Positions 36,609-50,948 of a stretch of DNA of 64,000 nt are shown here, one piece after another (position 1 is the stretch's first letter; every line of letters begins with the position of its first letter). The position numbers and the translations under genes are program-made. Under the pieces are notes generated by a model. The model had not been told where the DNA came from and ran no database searches. It saw only the letters and a program-made list of their open reading frames with translations. This DNA is from Enoplolaimus lenunculus (Eukaryota): assembly GCA_030248215.1 (NCBI GenBank), contig JASANG010003092.1, forward strand, positions 1 through 64,000, in the 5' to 3' direction.

Positions 36609-37029
36609 CCGCTGCTATATGAAACCAGAAGCATATTACTTAAATTGGCTAGATTTTAAAAACCATTTATATATTTAACTTTTTAATTAAATATTTAGGA
36701 AAAAATTAATTTTTATTTACCAACGAAATTTTTATAACCAATCAATTTTGACTAGGTTAATATCTATAGTTTGAGCAATCTCCGCGTCACCAGAACGCTA
36801 ATTTGTTTCCAATTATAAATCTTGCACGGGTTATAACTGTTTGCTTGATTTTGCTTCCAAAATCATTTATATATCTGAAACTTCAAACTCAGAATTTTTA
36901 GTTCGACTTTTATTTTGTAATGATTGTTTCGAACAACCCCGGATTCCAAAACTGAACGCGATTTTATTCATGTATGGTTCATTTTGCCAACGAATTTCAC
37001 ACACTTTGCAACGTTCTGATTCAATGGCG

Positions 37030-37218
37030 GCTAATGTAAGAAGAGGGCCGTTACAGCAGTATAAGCATATTCCTAAGCCTAAACCTAAACACGTAAGTTT
37101 AAGCGTAAGAATTAGCTTATACCTAAGCGTACGCGTAAGCAAAAAAATAATCTAAAGCCAACGCTTACTCTATTGCAGTGTCGCGGGAAAACGTTCCGCG
37201 CCTGATCTTTACATAGAT
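37030..37218. mobile_element. Telomere-repeat MITE, diverged
   Basis: AAGCATATTCCTAAGCCT core and right end GTTCCGCGCCTGATCTTTACAT. Confidence 0.7.
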
Positions 37219-38338
37219 GAGGCAATACTTCTCCACATATTTTATGACCTAATATGCTGAGAAATGCGCCTCAGGTTTCTGTTTATGTATCTAAAATTTT
37301 GCTAAAATACATTTAGCTGGGACATTACAGTTATATACAGTCAGAGTCAAGTGTCACAGTAAATTTGTTTCAAGTTCATTTCTGCCTCGTGTTACCATTC
37401 TATTAAAGCAGTCTAGAAACAGACGCATTTGGTACGTTGCTTAAAGATAAAACTTTCTATATATATTTTGAATTTGACTTTTTTTGATTGCTGAAAATTT
37501 GTGTCAACGGTTCTTCTATTCGAAATCATGCTTTAAGTGTCAAAAATCAAAATTAACATTAAATATATTGTCGGAAAATTGTTTTTTTTTTCATTTTTCG
37601 CTTCAAATATGCCGCGAGCAAACCTTAAATATCACAAGCCGTGATATTCGGTTGAGAAATATTGAAAAGTCAAATTCGATTTGGTTTAAATAATACTAGC
37701 TATGTATGTTTTTGTGTTTGAAGTAATCTGTTGCTGATATTAACAAATACAGGCCCGTAGTCAAGGCAGGGGGGTAGAACTCAACCCGGCTGTAAAAATG
37801 TTGGCCTCCTTTGTAAAATTTTCAATGTTGCATGTAAGTTAACGAAAACCTTGTATACCCTTATTTTTTACCCTCCTAGCAAGATTAACTGGCTACGGGC
37901 TTGAACGAATATGATACTGTAGGTAAAATCTGGTCCATTTCCGTTACCGGAATGCTAGAAATTCTGTTTTTATCTCTTTATGTTCATAGTTGGTTGTGAA
38001 TCACTTTGAACTCGTTCAGTTTTCGTATAAAATTGTGGGCAACTGTTCGAATTAAAACAAAAAGAACCAAAAATCATTATAAAACAATCTGGAAAGAAGT
38101 TTGCTTGCATTGTCAATTTTGGCTGTAACTTTTACTTTAACCGAATGAGTATTTTCATAGATCCGTTGTGTTTCTAGAAAAATAAAGCATCTTTTAAACT
38201 AAAATTAAGTAGCTGTTTTCTCTTTCAGTTTATTTTAAATTACTATTTATTTGTGATATTTTGGTCACTATTTGTTTTCGTTATTTTCACTATTTGTTTA
38301 CATCCACACTACTTCTGCCCTTTTAATTTCAAAATTGA

Positions 38339-38762
38339 GATTTAGTTTGAGGTTCCAACTGGGTTAAAGCGATTACTTTGTACTCGTATGCTTAGTATTG
38401 GATTCAAATCAATTTCAACTCGTTCCAGGGGTGGACTTGCGATCTGCTCTACCGGGCAAACGCCCAATTGTCCGGTTGAGTCCAACCCTGGTTCGCTCAA
38501 TTTTAAACAACGAGTTGTTTTGTTCGCTCATTCGTTCTAGCGAAAATCCTGATTTAGTTTGAGGTTCCAACTGGGTTAAAGCGATTACTTTGTACTCGTA
38601 TGCTTAGTATTGGATTCAAATCAATTTCAACTCGTTCCAGGGGTGGACTTGCGATCTGCTGTACCGGGCAAACGCCCAATTGTCCGGTTGAGTCCAACCC
38701 TGGTTCGCTCAATTTTAAACAACGAGTTGTTTTGTTCGCTCATTCGTTCTAGCGAAAATCCT
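38339..38762 (+). repeat. 212-bp near-perfect tandem duplication
   Basis: 38339-38550 is repeated at 38551-38762 with one visible mismatch (GCTCTACC vs GCTGTACC). Confidence 0.92.
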
Positions 38763-39895
38763 CAGGCTAAACAAGGCTTATGGTTCGCTTGCAACATGAC
38801 GCCACTTAGACAAAACCTGTCTGGAGGACTAGTTAAAGCTTGAGATAGACGTTTAAGACAGTAATAATTTATTTAACACTTTTAATACTTGGTACAGGCG
38901 TTTGACTACCTAAGTATAGTTCAGTTTAATTGTCGGAATGAACATAATTCCTTGAATGAATAAGTGGTTAAACCACAACGGAAACGGCACTGGTGTCCGA
39001 ATTAACAGCATTGGAATAGAGTTTAAGAGCGCAATATGGCATGCTCTTGGATGACGTTTGCATTAAGTACAAGTGTAAGCTTTAATCTTTTAAACCAGGG
39101 TTTAGTTTGTAATCTTTAGCTGATTTTAGGTCTATTTTAAATCTAATGGAGGTCATAATTTAAATATTAACCAACGTTGTTCTTATTATTTTTTGCCCAT
39201 TAAATTTCGGAAACTGGTTCACGTGGTGATACAAGACACCCATTTGAATTTTTCTTAAGAACATGGCCCATTTTGGAAAGTTCTGGCCACGCCGCTGTCT
39301 ATGGTGCGATGTCACGGTGCGTAACTTCTGTAACACTAAAATTTAATTCACACTTGCTACCATTTGCATCGTCAACTACCAGTATATCCACATTATTAGT
39401 GTTTATTCCGGCATATAGGCGAATAATTTTGCCAATTATAGTCTTTTTTAGACCACACAAACTACTGTACTTAAAATTTTGGTTTAAAATATTTGTAATC
39501 AAGTGTGCACATAATTTCTCTCGTACCAAATTAGTTTAAATTATATTTTAAAATTTTAGTTTTATTTAAATCTGTAGTTAACGCTCCAATAATAATTTCC
39601 TCAAAATACACCTATGTGCTCTATCCAAGCTCAGGCGCGTAGCCAGCCACGAGCTAGACTGTAGACCCCACCAATCAATAAACCAAAAAACGTGTTGCGC
39701 CTATCTCAAAGTTTACAGAATTTTCGCCTTGCTTTTGTCTGTAATATTAATTAATGCACACTGCTCAAACTTGAGTCCGTTTCAAAGGTTTATTTCAACT
39801 CTATCTTAAATTCTACTCTGGTCATCAATTTTTAGTATATATTTCGTTTTTTTGCAACGATACATAAAGCTATTAACAATAACGATCGAAGGCAA

Positions 39896-40049
39896 GGCCC
39901 ATGTATAGAACAGGGCCGGAACAGTAGTATAAGCGTATTCCTAATCCTAAGCCTAAGCCTAAACCTCAGGAAAAAATTAGTCTAAAGCTTAAACTGACAC
40001 TATTATAGCCCCTCCGAGAAACGACCCGGCCCTGTTCTATACATGAGCC
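39896..40049. mobile_element. Merlin-like MITE with telomere-type core
   Basis: TIRs GGCCCATGTATAGAACAGGGCCGG / CCGGCCCTGTTCTATACATGAGCC and a perfect TSD GAAGGCAA. Confidence 0.88.
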
Positions 40050-41603
40050 GAAGGCAAAATAGCAATTTTAAAATTTAGTCCATTAAACGATCTGATTTTA
40101 GCGTAGAGGACAGGATTTGTTCAACGCCTCATTACTCATTACTACGTACGACTACAAGGATTAGCGCAGCTCGTAGGAAAAAACAGAAAACTTTTAGACT
40201 AAACGTTACAAAGTTGTAGTTTTCGCTAATTGAAGTTCATATTAAACTGCAAAGGTTCTATTTTTAGTAGTACTGCAATTAGTTAAATGACACCCGTGTG
40301 TATATTTTAAATTAGCCAGGTCCAGTTGGTGAATGTCTAAAAGTTAGTCGTTTTTCGCATCAAAAACTGTTTAAGTGTCTAATCGGAAAACGTTTGTAGC
40401 GAAACAAAAAAAGTAGAAGGTAATATTACCCTGAAAACTAAACAAAACAAGCGTTATATAACGGCGACAGCTATTCGCTGTACAATTCGTCAACCGACAA
40501 CTTGTAATCCAAAATGTCATCGCGCAGGCACTTCGCAGTTCGTAAGCATACTTCGACTTAACTTTAAGTCGGCAAATGTTTAGAACAAGCGTTGAACAAA
40601 ATCTGAGGAACGAAGGGCAGCCTAAGCGTGAATCAGAACTTAAACCGTAAAATAGGTTCAAGTCTAAATTTACGCTCTAGTCTAGGTCTAAACGCACGCC
40701 TAAGCAATACCAAATTGTACGTGCCCTGATACAATATGTGCTATATGCATTCGCTTACAAAGATTAAAGTTTAAAAATGAGATGGTCATTCAGACTTGAC
40801 AGAAACGATTACAAGAAGTGCCGTCACCTTATAATTTATTAAAATTGCAAATTTGATGCCTCTGGTCTGGCGCATGCTAACAACAGCACAATTAAAAACT
40901 CGCGTTCGCTAGACCGTAGCCAGACGGGTGGTAGGGATGGATTAGATCCCTCAAACAATTCTGCTCCCACCAACGAAGTGTTTCAACCTTACTTGTAAGG
41001 CATCCAAAATCCTTGCACATCGTGATAATTTTAGCCCCTCTGTCCCTACATGCTATTAAGCTGTCTACGGTCCTGTGTGTCCAATTTTTAACGACGCGCA
41101 CTATGACTAGTTTAGAATTCTTAGCTTAAAGTATGTTTAGCAAATTCGACTCTGCCTATCAAACTGCGGTAATGCTCGGTTCATTAGCGGGTGTCCTTTA
41201 TGCATCAATGACCATGGGCAATTTTAGTCCGAAAGGTACTACTTGAGTTAAGAGGCAAACTCAGAATTCGTTGCAAGTAACAATTTAAGCAATGAAGCGT
41301 AATTTCACACGTAAATAAGTATGCGTAGCGCAGCTGTGCTGGTTTTGAACGCCTTACTTGCAGGGTAATGAACAGCGTTGTAGTTTCTAAACTTTATAGT
41401 TGTATTTTGCATTATATGTAAGATACTGTGGTTGCAATTGGGCTGCTACCAGGGTGTAACCCGTTTCCGGTATTTCGATTACTATCACTTCCGATTCAGT
41501 TATTTTTATTATCCGTTTACACTTTGGACTGCGAACAAATTTATTTTTTTAACTATAACATTTTATATTCATGCGAACCGTTCTATTTTAAATTGGACAA
41601 AAA

Positions 41604-41605
41604 AA

Positions 41606-41636
<31 letters not shown>

Positions 41637-41725
41637 ATGAATGAATAAAGAAATAAATAAATAAACAAGTTAATAAGTAAATATATAAATAAAGTAATAA
41701 ATGAACAAAGAAATAAATGAATAAT
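41604..41725 (+). repeat. (TAAA)n microsatellite, degenerate
   Basis: About 8 perfect AAAT units followed by degenerate units. Confidence 0.9.
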
Positions 41726-44700
41726 AACGTATATTTTATCGGGATGCTGGCTTTTGAATCATAATCCGGTTCTGCAAAATGTCCTTTCAATCCTAAACCG
41801 TACAATTTCAGTGGAGACTACGAGTACAGTACTGGCATCCCTGGCTTGTTCACTTATTTAAACTTCGGTGCTGCGCGTCCACAATATGTTGTTCTGATTG
41901 CAATTCTTTAGTCTGACGGACACTAGAAACATTTCTGTGCTATTAATAATCAAATTTATAATTTCAGTAAGCCCCAAACCTTATCCCAGGAAACCCGGAA
42001 CAGATCTGTAGCAGAAACGAAGAAACCAGATGAATTCTAATCCAACTATTTTGATAAATACAAAGAAATCGCATAATCAGATATTCTAACGCGAGGTTAA
42101 ATTTAATACTGCTTTTATTATAAGTAAAATTTATCATCAGGAAAATATACTCAAACTTATAATTTTAATCTTATTCTCATATGGTAATCAAAAAATTACA
42201 AAATTGAATTTTAAAGAAATTAAATTTGAAATTCTTGTTTATGTAAAATATGAATTTTCAAGTTCGCCTCGCCGGGGTTTAAAATAATACCAGCAAGACC
42301 CACGACTTGGATATGTTCCGATATAAAACCTAATTATCTGATTTTAATGAGACAAAAATGCCTCATGCCACCAGCAGCATTTCGACAAGGACATCACCGC
42401 GGGGAGCATTAGGGCCCCACCATCGAACTTTGGCTGGTGCCCCCAAATAGACTTAGCCAGACATTGTGATTAAAATTGCTCTTTCGATCCATTCCAATAT
42501 CATGAATTTCAAGTGTACAGGGCCCTTCAAAATAATTCGGTGTCCCCCAAACGTAGTTTTCTACGGACGCCTCTGCTCTCCGCCAACCAGAACATTTATG
42601 ATGACTCAAATCATAGATAAAAGAACTATGAATTTAGAAAACACGTGAGTTTTGAAACACGATTTTAATCTGTATACTTGCACGAATGATTATGTTGTGA
42701 TTGAAATTTAGCTTCAAAACAACGGGAGATTAATTTCATTTTTATGACATATTTTGCAATATTTGCCAGTATCCTCAAATGTGTGTAGCACCTATAACCA
42801 GTTAGGCATAGGGTTGTAACTTTTGAATGCGCGAAAATAGTGAGTTTTACAATGCTGGTCCATGTATGACAGGCTACCGAGCCAAACGTGGCAACACGAT
42901 GTTCAAGATATCGATGCATTCGTTTTTGACTCCGAGTTTCTCGTTGCTTTGGTTGGCTAAAATTTTTTTCGACTTTTTCTTTGATTCGGTTCGGATAAAC
43001 TTTTTTCAAATTTTCCATTGGAACTGATCGGAAAAGCTTTTTATACCAAGTTTTTTTCTAGCATCGGACTTGTAAAACTTTTTTAGAGTTTCTTCTTGAT
43101 TCGGTTCGTTGAAACTTCTTTTACGAAATCCGTTTAGTGAAACGGCTTGGTGGTCGCAACTTCCATACTTTGGTAAGCGCTTTATGCCTTTTCAAGTTGC
43201 GGTGGTGCACGAGTCCGTAGACCCGCTGAGACTGACATCAAAAATTCGGGTTGACAGCTACAAAAGGAACCGTGTTGCCCAAAGAGTTTTCTTCTTTCAT
43301 TACATGCGGTATGTGCCCCCTTTTAAATAAATTTCGGACCGGGAGTACACAGTTTTATCGTCCCTCCCTGAATTCGCTAGTGCCCCCACTTTTAGGTTAA
43401 GGCTAAACTTAGGCAAGACTTAGTCAAATGCTTAGTCTTAAACGTAGGCATATGTAAATGTTTTCCTAAGCTTTAGCCTGTTAAAACCAAATAAGGATAG
43501 AGTCTGCAAGAGTACTTAAAAGTTAAAATGGTCAAACGTTCACAGTTGCTTTCTGAAGTTTTAATTTTCCGATGAATGAATCTTAAACATATGACTCGGA
43601 CAAGACGATTTGAATCATTAGACTTTCTATTCACACTTACCATTTACTGGAGTCATACGAAATTTATTTTCAATCGCGTTTAGAGAAAGCATACTTTTAG
43701 ATTCGTCTCTCACAGCTCAACCATTTTCGGTCTTAGGTACACTTCATATTTAATAAAGCTCAGGGCCACAACTACTTTTAGGGGGGTGGTGAGGTATGGG
43801 ATGCCTCGTCCTACGGATATCTCTACTCCCCGCTGCCAAAATTTCATTATATGCATTAAGAGGTCTATGGTAGGAAAGTTTCCCCTACCGCCTAGGACTA
43901 TACTTCCATCTCTACTAACAATTCATGGTTGCGGGGCTGGAGTTATGGGATAATAAAATGTTTGAAATTTACCGATACTTATAAAGCTTTTGATATAGAA
44001 ACGATTGAGCTTACGCCCATAAACTACACTATATTCGAAGCACGACACTTTCTTTGTTGTGTGCATTTTAAGAGCAGCCTATTTTGTGTGCTAAATAAAT
44101 GATGCTTAAGAATATATAGCTTTTATATTGCGTAAATATGAAATGTTCTACAAAGGAAACTTCTAAAATTGTGTTTCTACTCAAATTTTACTGAAGAGTT
44201 CTTTGTTTTCATTTGACGTGACGGGTTCCACTTTAGTGCAGGCAAATTTTGACATTTGTTATATTAACACACTAAGCAATCCGGGCCTGTGTTACGTTCA
44301 GGGACGTCCCGCTTTTTCATAGAATTCCAGTAGTGTAAGCTTAGGGTTATTCAAACGTCGAGACTAAGGCTTTGGAATATGCTTAGTCTACTGTTGTTAT
44401 GCTATTAAATATAGCGCTGACCAGCAGCCGAAACAAATGATATTATATTTAGGTCTTTTGAACAGTAAGCCCGCATTTAAAATTATGCTTAAGCGTTGGA
44501 TTAAACTTAGGCTTAGGTTTAGGTAAACGCTTAGACCGTATAAGAGTCTAAATTAGTTGAATACGGTTCCAAGTTGGCGCATTTCTTGTGAATAAATACA
44601 TGTTTTCTGTTGCTGTAGTAGCCCGATGAAGAGGGGAGACTGATATTTATTTATTTATTTAGCTTCTCCAGAGGGTACCACCCGGTAATTTGGCTACGGA

Positions 44701-45705
44701 CTGTTATATATTTTAAACCACACTCCGCCTCCGTTCGTTAATGATATATATCCAGTAATGCAACCTATCCGTTGAATCTAAGGCCACCACCCCTTAAGGG
44801 GTCCCCACTGTAACTGGTTGAAACAAAAATAGCTGAAGTTTTAAAATGCGTCTGGTTTCTCGTTCACTTCGCTCGCGAGTTTGTGGCCCCCACCTTGGAA
44901 TTTGGGGGGAGCTCCCTCTTCTGCCTGCTCCGGAACTAGATTCAATATGACCTATAAATCCCGAGATCTCTAGATCTAAGCTTTGTATTTGTAACAGGGT
45001 GCATTCGAATAGTATCCTATAGGCGAAACTGACGTGTACAAACACAACACAATGCAGATCTAAACGAAGTTGCTTGAATTGCGCAAAGTCGATAATTTGT
45101 AAAAACAAAGCCCGGGCCATGAATTCATTAAAATTTTCTGACGAAATGTCGAATCTTTGGCAAAAGAGTTGCATACGGGCGTTGTTTACCATTAAAAATA
45201 TTCGGTTTTGTCAACAGTTTCAACGAATTTGTTTGTATTTAACCTCTTAAAGTTTAATTACGCGTTATTAATAAAGCCAGCTGAATTCATAATTAATAAA
45301 GGAAACTTGACTTGTATAAAACCACGATTATTAAGAGTATTTCAGATGACAAAGTTTTTTATTAGTTTCACAAACAAAGGTGTAGTGCCGGTGCATGCCG
45401 TGAAATGTGACACTTGTTATTTGATACCTTCATCTTTGAGGTTACGAGAAGTTACCGCTGTTCTATCGTGATATTAATAATATCGCTAGTACGATAACGT
45501 TTTTAATTTTTAAGTCTACACATGTCTTTAATCTATCCGTTTATTATGATTTGCAGTACAATTTAAAGTTCAAACTCTAAGCTTGAAACATTCTAATGTT
45601 TTACCTTTTGAAGAGATGGGAGCTGTGCGCCTGTAGCCAGAGGTGCCAAAGAATGTTCATTCCGTTTTTAAATCGTTCCGCTGCAATATTGGGTTGCCTA
45701 TTGGA

Positions 45706-45871
45706 GGGCCCGTTGCCAAGGGCGAGGCAGGGGGGCTCAGCTCCCTGGAACAATTTTGGTCCCACTTGAAATTTTGAATTTTGCTTGTATGTCATCGAGA
45801 AAACCGTTGCATGCGCCTCCTAAAAAATGTTTAGCACCCTTCCATGGGAAGGTGAGCTGGCTACGGGCCTG
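45706..45871. mobile_element. hAT-like MITE family (GGCCCGTAGCCAG...CTGGCTACGGGCC)
   Basis: TIR pair visible. Related copies at ~37750-37902, 47631-47794, 51203-51853 and 58340-58495. Confidence 0.6.
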
Positions 45872-48283
45872 ACAACGTGTTCGGTTGCTGATAGATTATC
45901 TGTGTTATTTGAGGGGTGTAACAGTATATATCTCAGTATATTCCTATTATTCCAAAGGTTAAGTCTAAATTTCAGGGCAAAAACAAGTTCCACCGAGACT
46001 AAAAAAGAGCCCTGCCAAAGACCTTCATTTTCCGAAACCGAGACTCCCATCCCTGATCATAGCCACCTCTATTTTATGGTACCTAGGGAAAACTGGATGA
46101 CCTTAAGCGAAACATGGAGCAAAACAAATACGAATGGCAACCGAACGCAACGTTACATAAACATAGAATAATGCAAAAGAGTCGTTGTTAATAGAGTGTT
46201 AAAAATGCATCGGCGTGAGACGTTAAGCTTTGTCACGTGCACGTAACCGCTTTGAATACCTTAGGCCATTTAAGTAAGAATTGTTAGCTACGTTCTGATA
46301 TTTGAATGTAATCTGGTATATTTGAATTATTTATCTGGCTCCGGCTCCGAACACACGGCAGCCAAAGATAACTCATAGTTGTACTTTAAACTACAGTGCT
46401 CCAATAAAAAGCAATCTGTCTCAAATTCGAGTTTAGCCGAACCGTTTAAAATTCTTATCAGCTCAATACCAACCTCAACATTTTTATCCGCTAGTCATCT
46501 CAAATGCCTTGATACAAGACAGGCACCGGGGGGCGCATAAACGATATGAAGAAAATATATCCCCTTAATTTCTGGACGCAAAAAATAGTATTTTGCAGGA
46601 TTTAGTATATTCTACTCGCAAAAAGTTTTCATATTTCCGAAATAAAGTCCTTGCTTTTCCGCAAGGAAGAGCTGTCTAGCAACTGTGTAAAAGCCAGTTT
46701 CTTTTTCTCACGGTACTTTAATCTCGATGTGTGTGTCAGTGTGTCTGATGTCGCATTTCAATTTTTTTCCTGTCGAGACTGTTTTTAACTTTCTTCCTGT
46801 AGACGACAGGTTTCTTTTAGGCACATTGCACTTGACTTGGCGGATTTGAGACATAACCGTCAAATGGTGTTTATGTTTATCATATTTTTGGGCGTAGTTG
46901 AGGGTTGTAAAAAACGGTACGCTCCTATTAACGTGGACCATATCTTCATGCTTAAAGAATAGCACCAAGATTTAGTTGTTGTTTAATACTAGCGGTTTTC
47001 AACGACTGGAAATGTCACAACTTAAACATACTCATGGTTTCTGAGAATTTAGTGTTTACTATTAGCGGATCTAGACGGAGGCGAGGGGGCGTACACTTCT
47101 CCCATCAGAAATTTTTTTTATGATTGAGGTCCATTACTTTAAAATTTTCCTCTCAGAAAGTTTCTTTGTAAAAGAATACAATTTTTCCCCTCAGAAATTT
47201 TTTGGTGATAAAATGATAACGTCCTTCCAAATTTTGTTTCATAACACTTGCCAGCACGTCCCCTCTGTCAGAAACGTTTGGATCAACCGCTGGTGCTTAC
47301 TGCTATATTTTTACGAATAAAAACGTTTTGGGGGGGGGTAATGACAGCGGCGCTGGGTGCTGCTTAAATGGTTTAAATTTAAAAGTAAAGTTTCAATTTC
47401 CTTAGTCACCATTCAGATACCGAAATATTTTTTCAATTAGACTTTCTACATATATCATGAAATTTGAACATTTTTATGAGAAAGAAAAGTCGAAAAACTT
47501 TTCAATTGGTTTAACGTTGATACGTCGTAATAGTTTAGAATTAATACGTTCTGAATTTTAGTGCGCAACAAATTGTTATTTGCAAAAGATATACCCACCC
47601 GAAGTCTAAATCTTGACTACTTCGCTACTCTGGCCCGTAGACCAGGGGGGTGGGCGCAGGAGGGTGTCAGCCTTTTTGGAAAAGTTTTGGCCCGCCATAA
47701 ACATTTTCAACCTTGCTTGTACATCATCAAAAACTCTTGTATGCCACTCCTGAAAAAAACTTTGCCCCTAGCAAGGGGAGCTGCCTGCGGACCTGTCGTT
47801 GCTCTGAAATTATCGGCCTTCGATGACATGAAAGATTTACTTACGGCCCTGTTCGTTCAGTCCATAACACAATCAATTTTGTTCTATTAGAAGTTTTGAC
47901 CGACAAAATTTAACAATTTTCGCTATTTTTATATATTCATTTTCTTACGGTAAACAGAATGAATACCGCGTTGTCTCTGTAGACACAAGAATTGAACTTT
48001 TTGCGTTACAGATGTCCACGTTTTCTCACAAAACCCTCGGGAGCGATATATATTTCCCATAGAATTATATGCTTAAAATTGATTCTATAGCTTTCGAACC
48101 ACTGCGGAATTTTAACTGTATTTCTTCGAATAAAAATGTGTAGAAACTGGTTAAGATTTGGCCCAACGACCGCCAGCTTAAAGGTTGTAGTATGCTTTTT
48201 TTTGTTCGGAACAGCGTTGCGTATTGTTTAAAAATAGGTTTTTTGATACGACGCACGACGCCGCACGGTGAGTATACAGCAAG

Positions 48284-48464
48284 CAATGGCGGATGCATGG
48301 GGGGTCACCCCGGCCGTGCCCCCCCCCCACCCCTACAGCATCTCGACAAAAATTATATAGCAATTTTGTGACAATAGTTCGTGGTTTGTGTGCTGGTCAA
48401 AAGTAAGTTTATTAGCTGTGAAATTTTGCCCCCGCCCCATTTTGAGATCCTGGATCCGCCACTG
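48284..48464. mobile_element. hAT-like MITE (CAATGGCGGATCC...GGATCCGCCACTG)
   Basis: TSD ACAGCAAG/AAAGCAAG. Highly similar to 49679-49850. Confidence 0.8.
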
Positions 48465-49678
48465 AAAGCAAGTCTTTAACTTTCTGCTTGATGTCAGCAG
48501 TTTGCTGCTAAAATTGATAAAACAAATGTACAAATGTACCGAGGTATGCTTATATGCCGCATAGTATCAGTAGATAAGCTGAGTTTTTTATGATACGGGT
48601 TAAAACTTTTATTATTTTAATTTTTTTAAAAATGCATTTTGGTTTGCAGTTGAAGCAATTGAAACGCTGAATCTCAAAGGCTCATACCATGGACCACCGG
48701 TGTAATCTAATATTGATTGTGACGAGACTGTAGTGTTAAATAAGTACATTTTTGGGTGCGCAGCAAAGACGTCTTAAATTTCACAAAAATTCGTATATTC
48801 TTAGTAGTGGATCCAAATGGGAATGACAATGCATCACCTCCTACCAATACTGCCGTGCTAAAAATTTTGCGATCCAAATCACCCAATTGAAAGTGGCAAT
48901 GTGTTTTTAGCCAAATAGATGAAAATTACTTCGAGGTTACGAGTAAACGAGTTCAAATATAATTTTGCGCCTTTAGCGCATTGGTCAATGTTAAATTATC
49001 ACAAAAATTTGCCAAAAATGCGCTTTTTAAAACTGTCAAATTTCGGAACCCAAAAATGTATCCTCCCGCGCCAAAAAAATCCTCAATACGTCACTGCATA
49101 TTTTTGATCGTTGACTTCATGATATCATCCAGTGATAAGTAATACGTCAGACGACTTCCGGGTATTGAAAACATTAAGTTAGTATTACAAGCAAAAACAT
49201 CCTATCCTTTACATTTTTCATGATAAATTATTTTTCTATGGCAAAGTTAGCGGTTGAATTTTGACCAAAACTAAATTAACAACTTCTTTTTACAGACGAC
49301 CAGGTCACGCACATAAGCTTTATAGTTAGATTCTGGCAAATTTCATTTGGTTATTTGGTTTTAAACCCGAGCATTCGTGTTTATAAACATGAACTTTGTA
49401 CAGGTGCCGTTGACAGGGGTGCAGTTACACCGACCCTTGGGTATTTAAGCAATTTTTAGCAATTTTATACAAAACAAAGTATTTAGAGTGATAGGTATAC
49501 TTAAAAATAGTAAAATTTGCAGCTGCAACATTTGTAATTTCCTCCTGTTTACCAAACAAAATAACGGCAACGATGGTTATAATGATTTACCTACTGTAAA
49601 CACTCGGAATACGGCTATTTTAATGTGTTGACGTATAAATCGTCATTTTTTAGCTATGTCGTTTTTCTGAATTAGTTC

Positions 49679-49850
49679 CAATGGCGGATCCATGGGGGGC
49701 CCACTCCGGCCGTGCCCTCAACAGCATCTCGACAAAAATTCTATAGCAATTTTGTGATAATAGTTCGTGGTTTGTGTATGGGTCAAAAGTAAGATTATTA
49801 CCTGTGAAATTTTGCCCCCCCCCCATTTTGAGATCCTGGATCCGCCACTG
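49679..49850. mobile_element. hAT-like MITE
   Basis: Perfect 8-bp TSD ATTAGTTC and TIRs CAATGGCGGATCCA / TGGATCCGCCACTG. Confidence 0.85.
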
Positions 49851-49979
49851 ATTAGTTCATTGCGTTAACTTTATTAGTTTTGAAAACAAAATTGTCGGTT
49901 TTATCGCGAGTCCGATTATTTTAAACAGCATTGGTTTTACTGTTGCGTTTTTAGTTTATACAAAATTTTTCAAAACAAC

Positions 49980-50183
49980 GGCCCACGTACAAATCGGGGG
50001 CAGAACGTTTTTAGTGACAGTGCAATTGAGTAAGTTTAAGCTTTAGATTATTTTTTAGCTTGGTATAGGCTTCGGCTTAGGCTTGTCTTAGGAATATGCT
50101 TATTCTTACGCTTAGGCTTAGGTTAGGCTTAGGCTTAGAAATATGCTTATAATACGGTTCCGCCCCTGTTCTTTACATTGGCC
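49980..50183. mobile_element. Merlin-like MITE with (TTAGGC)n core
   Basis: TIRs present, perfect TSD AAAACAAC. Confidence 0.85.
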
Positions 50184-50948
50184 AAAACAACTTACCTTGA
50201 TGATTAGTTTTTGTCTTCCCCCACACTTTAAGTAAGCCGTAGAATTTGGTCTACACTCAACAAAAACATTGGGCAAAGGCATATACAATTAGCTAAGTCT
50301 TTTTCTAAACCTAAAGCCTGAGCCTAAGCACCGGTTAAGCATGTGGGTAGCAGTATGCAGGAGCCGAATGATTTTCAAATTAAGTACACATGAAGTTTAA
50401 AACGACTTTAAGACTGGTCACATGCGAGTATGTTTCGAAAGCCACAAACGTTTAAATGATTTCGAGTGTTCAAATTAAAGATTTCAGAAGGCTTTTGGTG
50501 ACAAAAGTTGCAAAATACTTCCACTGATCATCTCCAAAGGGTTTATGTCATTCTGGTACACTTAGCTTTCGTGCGGAAACGATGTTGTTAATTGGATAGA
50601 TGGCGAAATATTAGCTTTTCACCCCGTGCTCCCAGGTTCAAACGTTGAAAAAACATTTCGCAATCGTACGCGTTCACAAGGTAGCTTATTTGGAGTTTGG
50701 GATATCGCAAGCAAAACAGCAGCAGATAGCAGATTAAAACCAAAAACTTTCATAATGGTCAAATCACTGGAAGTCGTCTAGGTATATTCCGGTGAACAAT
50801 TCAATTAGTGTACGCAAATTATTGTAACTATTAATAGTAGAATTTTGAATTTTCAGCTCGGCGAATAATTTGCATATCGGACAGCTTTTAAAGAATTAAA
50901 TATGTACTGGATTCTACTGAATCAGCGTGTTCCATTAGTGGTGCAGTG

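Noticed and set aside
41569..41805. Hydrophobic 78-aa ORF
   Set aside because: Translation of the (TTTA)n microsatellite.
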